DNA of 64,000 nt from Planctomycetia bacterium (GTDB lineage Bacteria; Planctomycetota; Planctomycetia; Pirellulales; UBA1268), in contig JBJTDB010000374.1 of assembly GCA_046092145.1 (NCBI GenBank), positions 15,762-79,761 of the forward strand, in the 5' to 3' direction. The notes under the pieces were generated by a model, which saw nothing but the letters and a program-made list of their open reading frames with translations, had not been told where the DNA came from and did not search any database. Positions 37,877-46,110 of this stretch are shown here, piece after piece. Position numbers and translations under genes: made by a program. Position 1 is the first letter of the stretch; each line of letters opens with the position of its first letter.

Positions 37877-38087
37877 GGTCACCACGATCACCTCCCGTTG
37901 CGGCACCTGCCGCTCCCATCAACGGGTTGTGGGTTGACCGCCAGTCTCCGGTGTCCGCGCACCGCCCACGAGACTGGAGGTAGTTCGCACGACATTTCGG
38001 AAAAACAATCCCGAGGGGCGCCGGATCGGCCGGACGCCCCGTCGGGATCAGGACTCCCCATATCAAGAAAGGACTTGGTTCCCTCCG
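37877..38087 (+). other. hairpin-rich 5' leader or small RNA downstream of the promoter
   Basis: Three strong hairpins: cccgttg..caacggg (37894-37926), ccagtctc..gagactgg (37941-37977) and cccgaggggcgccgg..ccggacgccccgtcggg (38010-38046). No ORF with coding bias. Confidence 0.3.
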
Positions 38088-38312
38088 ATGGCCCGGATTC
38101 GCAACGTTTTTGAGATCATCGAGCTGTACGGTCACGACGAGAATTTCGAGCCGCAGACCACGCCGGAATTCATCGCCACCAACGCACCGGCCGGCTCCAG
38201 GCAGAAGATCGACATCCTCGCCGAGCGGATCCAGCGGGGCATGCCGCTGTGGCATCCCGAGGATTCGACCGACGCCACCAACGGCGTACTGGTCGGCGCG
38301 AACGAGGCCTGA
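38088..38312 (+). CDS. small hypothetical protein (74 aa)
   Basis: Strong GC3 bias across the whole ORF. The sequence MARIRNVFEIIELYGHDENFEP...KIDILAERIQRGMPLWHPED shows no recognised motif. Confidence 0.65.
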   Translation: MARIRNVFEIIELYGHDENFEPQTTPEFIATNAPAGSRQKIDILAERIQRGMPLWHPEDSTDATNGVLVGANEA

Positions 38313-38344
38313 GCCGTCGCGTCGGACAAACCTTTTTCGATCAG

Positions 38345-38986
38345 TCAGTGCCCTCCGCGACCCCGGCCGCGGAGGGCACTTTCAATTTCCCGCTTGGCCG
38401 TCTCGGCCTTGAGCTTCTGCCGCTTGTCGTGCGCCTTGCGGCCGCGGCCGATTCCCATGAGCACCTTCACCCGTCCGTTCTTGAAATACATCTTGAGCGG
38501 GACGAGCGTGAGACCCTTCTCGAAGGCCATGTCGGCGAACTTGCGGATCTCGCTCCGGTGCATGAGCAATTTTCGAGGCCGCTTGGGCTTGTGGTTGAGC
38601 TGATTGGCCTTCTCGTACTCGGGGATATCGCAACCCAGCAGCCACACCTCGGCCCCCTCCACCCTCCCGTAGGCCTCATCGAGCGACATTCGCCCGGCCC
38701 GGAGGCTCTTCACTTCGCTGCCCACCAGCGCGATGCCGCATTCAAGGGTGTCGAGAATTTCATAGTCGTGGCGGGCCTTCCGATTTTCGGCCACGACCCG
38801 CTCGGCGGGCGCATCGGCCGCCTTGGATGTGCCGGACCGCTTGCCGGCGGCTGGGGGATTCGGTTTGGTGGGCTTTGGGGCGGCCACGGAAACATGCTCG
38901 CGCGTGGGCAGTGGGCTCTTCAACAGAGTACACTCTACGGTCTCCGGCGGACCGTTTTCTGCCAGCCCTCCCCCGCCCTTGTTCAT
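38345..38986 (-). CDS. smpB: SsrA-binding protein with ~60-aa N-terminal extension
   Basis: Conserved core ENRKARHDYEILDTLECGIALVGSEVKSLRAG...LLMHRSEI...VPLKMYFKNGRVKVLMGIGRGRKAHDKRQ. The only ATG is at 38986; GTG 38887 is an alternative start. Confidence 0.9.
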   Translation of the reverse strand: MNKGGGGLAENGPPETVECTLLKSPLPTREHVSVAAPKPTKPNPPAAGKRSGTSKAADAPAERVVAENRKARHDYEILDTLECGIALVGSEVKSLRAGRMSLDEAYGRVEGAEVWLLGCDIPEYEKANQLNHKPKRPRKLLMHRSEIRKFADMAFEKGLTLVPLKMYFKNGRVKVLMGIGRGRKAHDKRQKLKAETAKREIESALRGRGRGGH

Positions 38987-38997
38987 CCGGAGCGCTC

Positions 38998-40206
38998 ATG
39001 CCCACATCCCGGCTCGCATGCCTGATCATCGCCGTCGCCCTCATGCCCTGGCCGATCCGAGCGGAAGCCGCTTCGGCCGAGTCCCAGCCGGGCTTTGTGG
39101 CCGGCGACACACGGCCAACAGGCGATGGACCGGCGATCCGCGTGCCGGGCGGATGGATGGTGGCCTATGACGAAACGATTCCGGGCACCGACGTCACGTT
39201 TCGGATGCTCCCGGTTCCCGGGGGCACGCTTCGCATGGGGAGCCCCGGCACGGAGCCGGGCCGCAGCGATCGTGAGGGCCCGCCGTTCGACGTGACCGTG
39301 GCTCCCTTCTGGATGGGCCGCTGCGAGGTGACCTGGCGGGAATACAAGGCCTATATGGCCGCCTGCGATCTCTTCAAGACGCTGCAGGCGGGGGGCACGA
39401 GGGTGGTCACGGAGGCCAACCGCGCCGACGCGATCACCGCGCCCTCGTCGCTCTACGATCCGACGATGACATTCACCAACGGCGAGAATCCGGCGCAGCC
39501 GGCGGTGACGATGTCGCAGTTCGCCGCACGGCAATACACCGGCTGGCTGAGCGGCCTCACCGGCCGGTTCTACCGTCTGCCGAGCGAGTCCGAATGGGAA
39601 CATGCATGCCGAGCCGGCACGACCACGCCCTGGTCGTGCGGGGCCGAGGCCGCCGCGCTCGCCGATGTCGCCTGGTTCGCCGACAACTCCGACGAAACGA
39701 CCCATCCTGTCGGCGAGAAGAAGCCCAACGCCTGGGGCCTCCACGACATGCATGGCAACGCGGCCGAGTGGGTCGTCGATCAGCTCGCCACCGACGGCTA
39801 CGCGAGGCAGGCCGCACTGCCCCAGCCCGTGACCGCGGCGGCAGCCATCGAATGGCCCACGACCCTTTCCGGGCGGGTGGTCCGTGGCGGCGCCTACTAC
39901 GACGATCCGGACCAGTGCCGCAGTGCGACCCGCCGTGGATCCGAAGACGAGGCCTGGAAGGAGGTCGATCCCAACTACCCCAAGAGCCCGTGGTGGTACA
40001 CCGAGGAGCCGGCCCTCGGTGTCGGAATGCGGCTGGTGCGGCCGCTGGCGGAGCCCGCCATGGCCGATCGCCGCCGCTGGTGGGATGCAGACCTTGAAAG
40101 CATTCGCGACGACGTGGAGAGCCGGATGAACGAGGGCCGCGGAGCCCGGGCCGTCGTCGATCAGCACCTGCCGGCCGATGCGCGAGCCGCGGGCGCGGGG
40201 AGTTGA
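38998..40206 (+). CDS. secreted formylglycine-generating-enzyme (SUMF1) family protein
   Basis: Signal peptide MPTSRLACLIIAVALMPWPIRA. FGE-sulfatase motifs YRLPSESEWEHACRAG, GLHDMHGNAAEW and RVVRGGAY. Confidence 0.85.
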   Translation: MPTSRLACLIIAVALMPWPIRAEAASAESQPGFVAGDTRPTGDGPAIRVPGGWMVAYDETIPGTDVTFRMLPVPGGTLRMGSPGTEPGRSDREGPPFDVTVAPFWMGRCEVTWREYKAYMAACDLFKTLQAGGTRVVTEANRADAITAPSSLYDPTMTFTNGENPAQPAVTMSQFAARQYTGWLSGLTGRFYRLPSESEWEHACRAGTTTPWSCGAEAAALADVAWFADNSDETTHPVGEKKPNAWGLHDMHGNAAEWVVDQLATDGYARQAALPQPVTAAAAIEWPTTLSGRVVRGGAYYDDPDQCRSATRRGSEDEAWKEVDPNYPKSPWWYTEEPALGVGMRLVRPLAEPAMADRRRWWDADLESIRDDVESRMNEGRGARAVVDQHLPADARAAGAGS

Positions 40207-40227
40207 CGCAGTCCTGGGAGCCTCATC

Positions 40228-42573
40228 GTGATGAAGATGGTCCGTTCCATTCTGGAAATCGCCTCGTTTCTCGCCCTGCTCTCCTTCCCCGCGGCCCATG
40301 CCGCCGACTGGCCCGATTGGCGCGGGCCCCTGCAAAACCGCCACTACTCCGGGCCGCCGCTCGTCACGTCGTTCGATCCCGAGAAGGGCACGAACGTGCT
40401 CTGGAAAAACGACGAGGCCGGCGGCATTTCCACACCCGTGATCATGGGGGGCAAGCTCTTCACGCTCGTGCGGCACAAGCCGGGCACGCAGGAGGAGGCG
40501 GAGAAGGTGCTCTGCCTCGACGCCGTCACCGGTAAGAAGCTCTGGGAAAACGTCTGCAACGTCTATCTCTCCGACGTGCCGGCGGAGCGGGTCGGCTGGT
40601 CGGCCGTCATCGCCGATCCCGCCAGCGACACCGTCTTTGCCCACGGCGTCTGCGGCGCGTTCACGGCGATCGACGCGGCGACGGGCACGACGAAGTGGCA
40701 GCGGTCGCTCCACGAGGAATTCGGTTTTCTTTCCACCTACGGCGGCCGGACGAACATTCCGGTCGTCTTCGAGGATCTGGTCATCGCCAGCGCCGTCGTC
40801 ACGGGCTGGGGCGACACGGCGCGGCCGGCCCATCGCTTCCTCGGTATGGACAAGGCGACGGGCCGGGTCCGCTGGATGAACGGCACGAAGGAACTGCCCG
40901 AAGACACGACCTACAGCACGCCGTCGCTCGCGGACTTCGGCGGTCAGGCCGCGCTCGTCTTCGGGTCGAGCGACGGGAGCGTCTGGAATCTCCAGCCGCG
41001 CACGGGCAAGGCGGTCTGGAGCTTCAAACTCTCCCGCCGCGGTATCAACACGGCACCGCTCGTGGACGGCGACACCGTGGTCATCTCACAGTCGGAGGAG
41101 AATCTCGACAACACCTCGATGGGCTCGGCGACCGTCTTCAAGGCTGCCGGCACGGGCGACATCACGGCCACGGCTGCGATCTGGCAGAAGAAGGGGATCA
41201 TGGACGGCCGGTCGATGCCGGTCGCGCTCGGCGAGCGGATTTACTTTGTAGACGACGGCGCGAAGGTCTACGTCTTCGATCGCACGACGGGCGAGCCGGT
41301 CGGCCGGCCGCAAAAACTCCTCGGCACGATTGTCCGCGGCAGTCCGCTCGTGGCCGACGGCAAGCTCTTCATCTGCTCGACGAGCGGCTGGCATGTGCTC
41401 GAGCCGACGGGCGATGGCGTGAAGTTCGTCAACCGCATGCGGTTCGACGAGGAAGACGAGGTGACTGCCTCGCCGATCGCCGCCAATGGACTGCTCTACC
41501 TGACGACGGGGGCACGGCTCTACTGCCTCGGTGAGAAGGCCGTGCCGCGGGCCAGCGGCCCCACGCCGACACGGCCGCAGGCTGTGTCGGCCGCGACGCA
41601 GGGCCCCGCTGGCGAGCCGGCGTGGGTGCAGGTGGTGCCGGCCGAGGCCCAGATCGCCGCGGGCGAGACGCTCGCCCTGAAGGCGCGTCTCTTTGACGAG
41701 CAGGGCCGGTTCGTGAAGGAATCGCCGGCCACATTCACCACCACGGCCGGCACTGTCTCCAGCGACGGCACCTACACCGCGCCCGCCGGCCAGCATGCCG
41801 CCGCGATCGTCACCGCCAAGGTCGGCAGCCTCGAAGGCAAGGCACGCATCCGCTCGATGCCGCCGCTCCCATGGACATTCAACTTCGACGAGATCCCGCT
41901 CGCCAAGGATCCGAAGACGGGCGTGATGAAGGGGGAGCCGCCGCTGCCCTGGATCGGCATGCGGTATCGGCATGCCATCCGCGAGGTCGATGGCTCGAAG
42001 TGCCTGGTGAAAGTGACAACGATCCCGAAGGGCACGCGGAGCCAGGGCTGGATCGGGCCGATCACGCTCCACGACTATTCGATCCGGGCCGAATTCCGCG
42101 CCCAGGAGACGGGCGTGGGCAAGCCGGGCGATCCAGCCACTCCCTCCGGAAAGCCCGCCGACTCGGATGCCGACGCCTTTCAAAAGGCCTTCGGCAATCC
42201 AGCCGCGCTCGAGAAGGCCCGCATGCCCGACATGGGTCTTATTGCGCAGCGCTACACGCTCGACCTCATGGGCGCGGCACAGCAACTGCAGCTGCGATCG
42301 TGGCCGCCCCAAGTGGCGACCTACTTCTCGAAGACGATCCCGTTTTCGTGGGAGGCAGGCCGCTGGTACGTGATGAAGCTGGAGGCCCGCACCAACGGAG
42401 CCGCCGCCGTGCTCCGCGGCAAGGTCTGGCCGCGTGGCGAGCCGGAGCCTGAAGCCTGGACGATTGAAGCCGCGCATGCCGCGGGCAATCTCCAGGGCAG
42501 CCCCGGCTTCTTCGGCAACTCAAAAGACTCCGAGATCTACATCGACAACGTCTCCGTGGAGGCTGTGCAATGA
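40228..42573 (+). CDS. secreted PQQ-like beta-propeller protein with Ig-like and lectin-like C-terminal domains
   Basis: The signal peptide ends AAHA|ADWPDWRG. Repeated propeller blades, a Big_2-like segment and a concanavalin-like tail follow. The start is GTG 40228 or ATG 40231. Confidence 0.8.
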   Translation: MMKMVRSILEIASFLALLSFPAAHAADWPDWRGPLQNRHYSGPPLVTSFDPEKGTNVLWKNDEAGGISTPVIMGGKLFTLVRHKPGTQEEAEKVLCLDAVTGKKLWENVCNVYLSDVPAERVGWSAVIADPASDTVFAHGVCGAFTAIDAATGTTKWQRSLHEEFGFLSTYGGRTNIPVVFEDLVIASAVVTGWGDTARPAHRFLGMDKATGRVRWMNGTKELPEDTTYSTPSLADFGGQAALVFGSSDGSVWNLQPRTGKAVWSFKLSRRGINTAPLVDGDTVVISQSEENLDNTSMGSATVFKAAGTGDITATAAIWQKKGIMDGRSMPVALGERIYFVDDGAKVYVFDRTTGEPVGRPQKLLGTIVRGSPLVADGKLFICSTSGWHVLEPTGDGVKFVNRMRFDEEDEVTASPIAANGLLYLTTGARLYCLGEKAVPRASGPTPTRPQAVSAATQGPAGEPAWVQVVPAEAQIAAGETLALKARLFDEQGRFVKESPATFTTTAGTVSSDGTYTAPAGQHAAAIVTAKVGSLEGKARIRSMPPLPWTFNFDEIPLAKDPKTGVMKGEPPLPWIGMRYRHAIREVDGSKCLVKVTTIPKGTRSQGWIGPITLHDYSIRAEFRAQETGVGKPGDPATPSGKPADSDADAFQKAFGNPAALEKARMPDMGLIAQRYTLDLMGAAQQLQLRSWPPQVATYFSKTIPFSWEAGRWYVMKLEARTNGAAAVLRGKVWPRGEPEPEAWTIEAAHAAGNLQGSPGFFGNSKDSEIYIDNVSVEAVQ

Positions 42574-44384
42574 GCACGAAAAAACAATTGCAAACTGAGT
42601 ATGGGGTGAGCGGGGTTGCCCCTGCCGCTGAGCCGGCGTTGCTGGCCAGCGGAGCCATGGATAGCGGAGCGCAGCCAGCATCGAGCGAGCGAAGGCCAGG
42701 ATGGCCGCAGCGAACGTCCGGCGACGCGGCAGGGGCAACCCCGCGCGCGGCTCCAGCCAAGGTGGCCCTTGCCTTGATCCTGACTGCGCTGCCGCTTACG
42801 GCAAGCGCGAGCGACTGGAATCAGTGGGGCGGCTCGCCAGTCCGCAACAACGTGTCGCCGGCAAAGAATATTCCAGCCGAGTGGGCGCCCGGCGACTTCG
42901 ACGCCACCACCGGCGAGTGGAAGTCCAAGACGAGCACGAATGTCGCCTGGGTGGCCTCGCTCGGCAGCCAGTCCTACGGCAACCCTGTCGTCGCCGGCGG
43001 CAAGGCGTTCGTCGGCACCAATAACGGCAAGGGGTGGCTCAAGCGATATCCCCCTGAGGTCGATCTCGGCTGTCTTCTGGCGTTCGACATCAAGGATGGC
43101 TCGTTCCTCTGGCAGGACTCGAGCGAGAAGCTCCCCACGGGCCGCGTGCATGATTGGCCGCTGCAAGGGATCTGCTGTGCGCCGCTCGTGGAGGGAGACC
43201 GGCTCTGGTATGTGACCAGCCGCGGCGAGGTGAAGTGCCTCGACACCGAGGGTTTTCGAGACGGCGAGAACGACGGCCCCTTCACGACGGAAAAGGTGCA
43301 GGAGAAGGACGAGGCCGACGTCGTGTGGGTGCTCGACATGATGAAGCAGCTCGGTGTCTCGCAGCACAACATGTGCTCCTGCAGCGTGACGAGCGCGGGC
43401 GACTTCCTCTTCGTGAACACGAGCAATGGCGTGGACGAGGGGCACATCAATCTCCCCAATTTCGAGGCGCCGAGTTTCCTCTGCATCGACAAGCGCGACG
43501 GCAAGGTGCTCTGGGCCGACAACACGCCCGGGGCCAACGTGCTCCATGGCCAGTGGTCGAGCCCGGCCTATGCCGACATCGGGGGCGTGCCGCAGGTGAT
43601 CTTCGGCGGCGGCGACGGCTGGCTCTATGCGTTCGACGCCCGCGGTGAGAACGGCCGCTCGAAGAAGATCTGGGAGTTCGACTGTAATCCCAAGGAGTCG
43701 AAATACACGCTCGGCGGCCGGGCCGATCGCAACCACATCATCGGCACGCCGGTCGTATACGAGGGGCTCGTCTACATCGCGGTGGGCGAGGATCCGGAGC
43801 ACGGCGAGGGGGTGGGGCATCTTTGGTGCATCGATCCCACGAAGCTGGGCGATGTCTCGAGCGAGCTGGCCGTGAGCCTCAAGGACCCGACCACTCCCCT
43901 GCCCCGCCGCCGCGAGCAGGCGGTGATCAAGGAGCAGGGCGAGGTGGCCCGCCCGAATCCGAAGTCGGCTGCCGTCTGGCACTATCCCGGCTTCGATACC
44001 GACACGAATGGCAAGCTCGACTTCGAGGAGACGATGCACCGCACCTGCGGCACCGTAGCCATTCACGACGGCCTGCTCTTCGTGGCCGATTTCAGCGGTC
44101 TCTTCCACTGCCTCGACCTGAAGACGGGCAAGCCGCATTGGACCCACGACATGCTCGCCGCGAGCTGGGGCTCGCCGCTCATCGTGGATGGGAAGGTCTA
44201 CATCGGCGATGAAGATGGCGATATCACCGTCTTCCGGCTCTCCAAAGAGAAGGAGATCCTCTCCGAGATCAACATGGCCAACAGCGTCTATTCGACGCCG
44301 ATCGTCGGCGGCGACACGCTGTACATCGCCAACAAGAGCCACCTCTTCGCGATCCGCGAAGCCGCCACTCCCGTCACGAAGTGA
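42570..44384 (+). CDS. secreted PQQ-like beta-propeller protein (start uncertain because of repeat A4)
   Basis: The mature part starts ASA|SDWNQWGG, followed by propeller blades. ATG 42570 is ATGA-coupled to the upstream gene but then reads through repeat A4. GTG 42762 (KVALALILTALPLTASA) is the alternative start. Confidence 0.75.
   Translation: MSTKKQLQTEYGVSGVAPAAEPALLASGAMDSGAQPASSERRPGWPQRTSGDAAGATPRAAPAKVALALILTALPLTASASDWNQWGGSPVRNNVSPAKNIPAEWAPGDFDATTGEWKSKTSTNVAWVASLGSQSYGNPVVAGGKAFVGTNNGKGWLKRYPPEVDLGCLLAFDIKDGSFLWQDSSEKLPTGRVHDWPLQGICCAPLVEGDRLWYVTSRGEVKCLDTEGFRDGENDGPFTTEKVQEKDEADVVWVLDMMKQLGVSQHNMCSCSVTSAGDFLFVNTSNGVDEGHINLPNFEAPSFLCIDKRDGKVLWADNTPGANVLHGQWSSPAYADIGGVPQVIFGGGDGWLYAFDARGENGRSKKIWEFDCNPKESKYTLGGRADRNHIIGTPVVYEGLVYIAVGEDPEHGEGVGHLWCIDPTKLGDVSSELAVSLKDPTTPLPRRREQAVIKEQGEVARPNPKSAAVWHYPGFDTDTNGKLDFEETMHRTCGTVAIHDGLLFVADFSGLFHCLDLKTGKPHWTHDMLAASWGSPLIVDGKVYIGDEDGDITVFRLSKEKEILSEINMANSVYSTPIVGGDTLYIANKSHLFAIREAATPVTK
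42612..42742 (+). repeat. family A structured repeat, copy A4 (131 bp), inside the annotated 5' end of an ORF
   Basis: The termini ggggttgcccctgccgc and gcggcaggggcaacccc are perfect inverse complements. Inner hairpins are gctggc/gccagc and ggcca/tggcc, and the conserved ggagcgcag and gcgaacgtccggc blocks are present. Confidence 0.8.
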
Positions 44385-44406
44385 TCCAAACACTCTCTCG
44401 AAGGAC

Positions 44407-46056
44407 ATGACCATGCTCCGCGCGGTCGCTCTCATCGCCCTGGTCTCGCTACCCCTCGCGGCCCGCGCCGATGACGCCGCAGACATGGTCCGCCATGCCG
44501 AGCGGATCGTCTGTCTCGGCGACTCGATCACGCATGCCGGCGGCTGGGTCGCGGCGCTGGCAGCCTGGCTCGAGCGCGAGGGCGTCGAGGCCGAGGTGAT
44601 CAACATGGGCCTGCCCAGCGAGACCGTCTCGGGCCTTTCCGAGGCTGGGCATGCAGATGGAAAATTCCCCCGGCCCGATCTGGCCGAGCGGCTCGACCGG
44701 GTGCTGCGGGTAAGCCGCCCCGACCTCGTGATCGCCTGCTACGGAATGAACTGCGGGATCTACCAACCGCTCGACGAGGCCCGGTTCACCCAGTTCAAGG
44801 AGGGGATCGAGCGGCTGCACGATGCGGTCGAGAAAGCGGGCGCGAAGATCATCCATCTTACGCCGCCCCTCTATGACAAACGGCCCGAGGCTCCTGGACC
44901 GGCAGGCCAAACCGACTACGACGCCGTCCTCGACGCCTATTCGAAATGGCTCCTCTTGAAGCGGGCCGACGGCTGGGTCGTGCTCGACATCCACGGGCCG
45001 ATGAAGGAATCGCTCGACGCCGCACGGGCCAAGGATCCGAAGGCGGTCTTCGCGCCCGACGCCGTGCATCCGAGCGACGCCGGCGCGTGGGCCTTTGCTC
45101 GGGCCCTCTTCAAGGGGCTTGGTGAGGCCGAGATCGCCGCGGCCGAAACGCCTGCGGCGCTCGCGGCATTCCTGCCGGAGGTGACCGCCCGCATGCAGAT
45201 CCTTCGCGATGCGTATGTCGCGGCGGCGGGTCACCAGCGGCCCGGCATGGCTCCGGGCCTGCCGCTCGGCGAGGCCGAGGCGAAGGCCCGCGCGGTCACC
45301 GACTCGATCCGCTCGCGGCGGCTGCAGCTCATGGGTGGCCAGAAGGGCACGGCTGAATGGAAGAGCCCGATCGAGTGGCCGAAGCCCCGGGTCGTCGATC
45401 CGGGCCCGGCTCCCGCCACCCCGGCGCCGATTCCTTCCGACGCGATCGTGCTCTTCGACGGGACGAATCTCGACCGGTGGACCAACGGTGAAAACTGGAC
45501 GGTGGCCGACGGCGCAGCCACGGTCGGCAAGGGCGACATCCGCACGAAGCAGGGCTTCGGAGACTGCCAACTGCATCTCGAGTTCCGCGAGCCTGTGCCT
45601 GCCACCGGGAAGGGACAGGGACGCGGCAACTCCGGCGTCTTCCTCATGGACAAGTACGAGATCCAGATCCTCGACTCATTCCAGGATGGCACGGACGGGC
45701 CGGTGACCTACTTCGACGGCCAGTGCGGTGCCCTCTACAAGCAACAGCCGCCGGCCATGAACGCCTGCCGCAAACCGGGCGAATGGCAGACCTACGACAT
45801 CCTCTTCACGCGGCCCCGCTTCCACGCCGACGGAACGCTCGCTACGCCCGCGCGGATCAGCGTGATCCACAACGGCATGGCCATCCACTCCGACACGGTG
45901 ATCAAGGGGGAGACGTGGTTCCATGTGCCCCCGAGCTACGCGAAGCACGACGATGCCCTGCCGATCCGGCTCCAGGACCACGGCAACCCGATTCAGTTCC
46001 GCTCGATCTGGGTGCGGCCGTTCGAGCCGCTCGAGCCGACGTTGATCAGGCCGTAG
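44407..46056 (+). CDS. secreted SGNH/GDSL hydrolase fused to DUF1080 (3-keto-disaccharide hydrolase-like) domain
   Basis: Signal peptide MTMLRAVALIALVSLPLAARA, followed by the GDS motif IVCLGDSITHAGG. The C-terminal pattern is FDGTNLDRW...NSGVFLMDKYEIQILDS...IRLQDHGNPIQFRSIWVRP. Confidence 0.8.
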   Translation: MTMLRAVALIALVSLPLAARADDAADMVRHAERIVCLGDSITHAGGWVAALAAWLEREGVEAEVINMGLPSETVSGLSEAGHADGKFPRPDLAERLDRVLRVSRPDLVIACYGMNCGIYQPLDEARFTQFKEGIERLHDAVEKAGAKIIHLTPPLYDKRPEAPGPAGQTDYDAVLDAYSKWLLLKRADGWVVLDIHGPMKESLDAARAKDPKAVFAPDAVHPSDAGAWAFARALFKGLGEAEIAAAETPAALAAFLPEVTARMQILRDAYVAAAGHQRPGMAPGLPLGEAEAKARAVTDSIRSRRLQLMGGQKGTAEWKSPIEWPKPRVVDPGPAPATPAPIPSDAIVLFDGTNLDRWTNGENWTVADGAATVGKGDIRTKQGFGDCQLHLEFREPVPATGKGQGRGNSGVFLMDKYEIQILDSFQDGTDGPVTYFDGQCGALYKQQPPAMNACRKPGEWQTYDILFTRPRFHADGTLATPARISVIHNGMAIHSDTVIKGETWFHVPPSYAKHDDALPIRLQDHGNPIQFRSIWVRPFEPLEPTLIRP

Positions 46057-46110
46057 GCCCAGCCTACGCCGGAAGCGAGTCCTTGATGGGCCGCTCCAGG
46101 TCGTCTCTGA

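Noticed and set aside
37877-38087. Possible tmRNA (ssrA) because of the strong promoter and the adjacent smpB
   Set aside because: I could not identify a tRNA-like acceptor/T-arm pairing, a terminal CCA context or a tag reading frame ending in a hydrophobic ...AA stop. It is kept only as an unclassified structured leader or sRNA.
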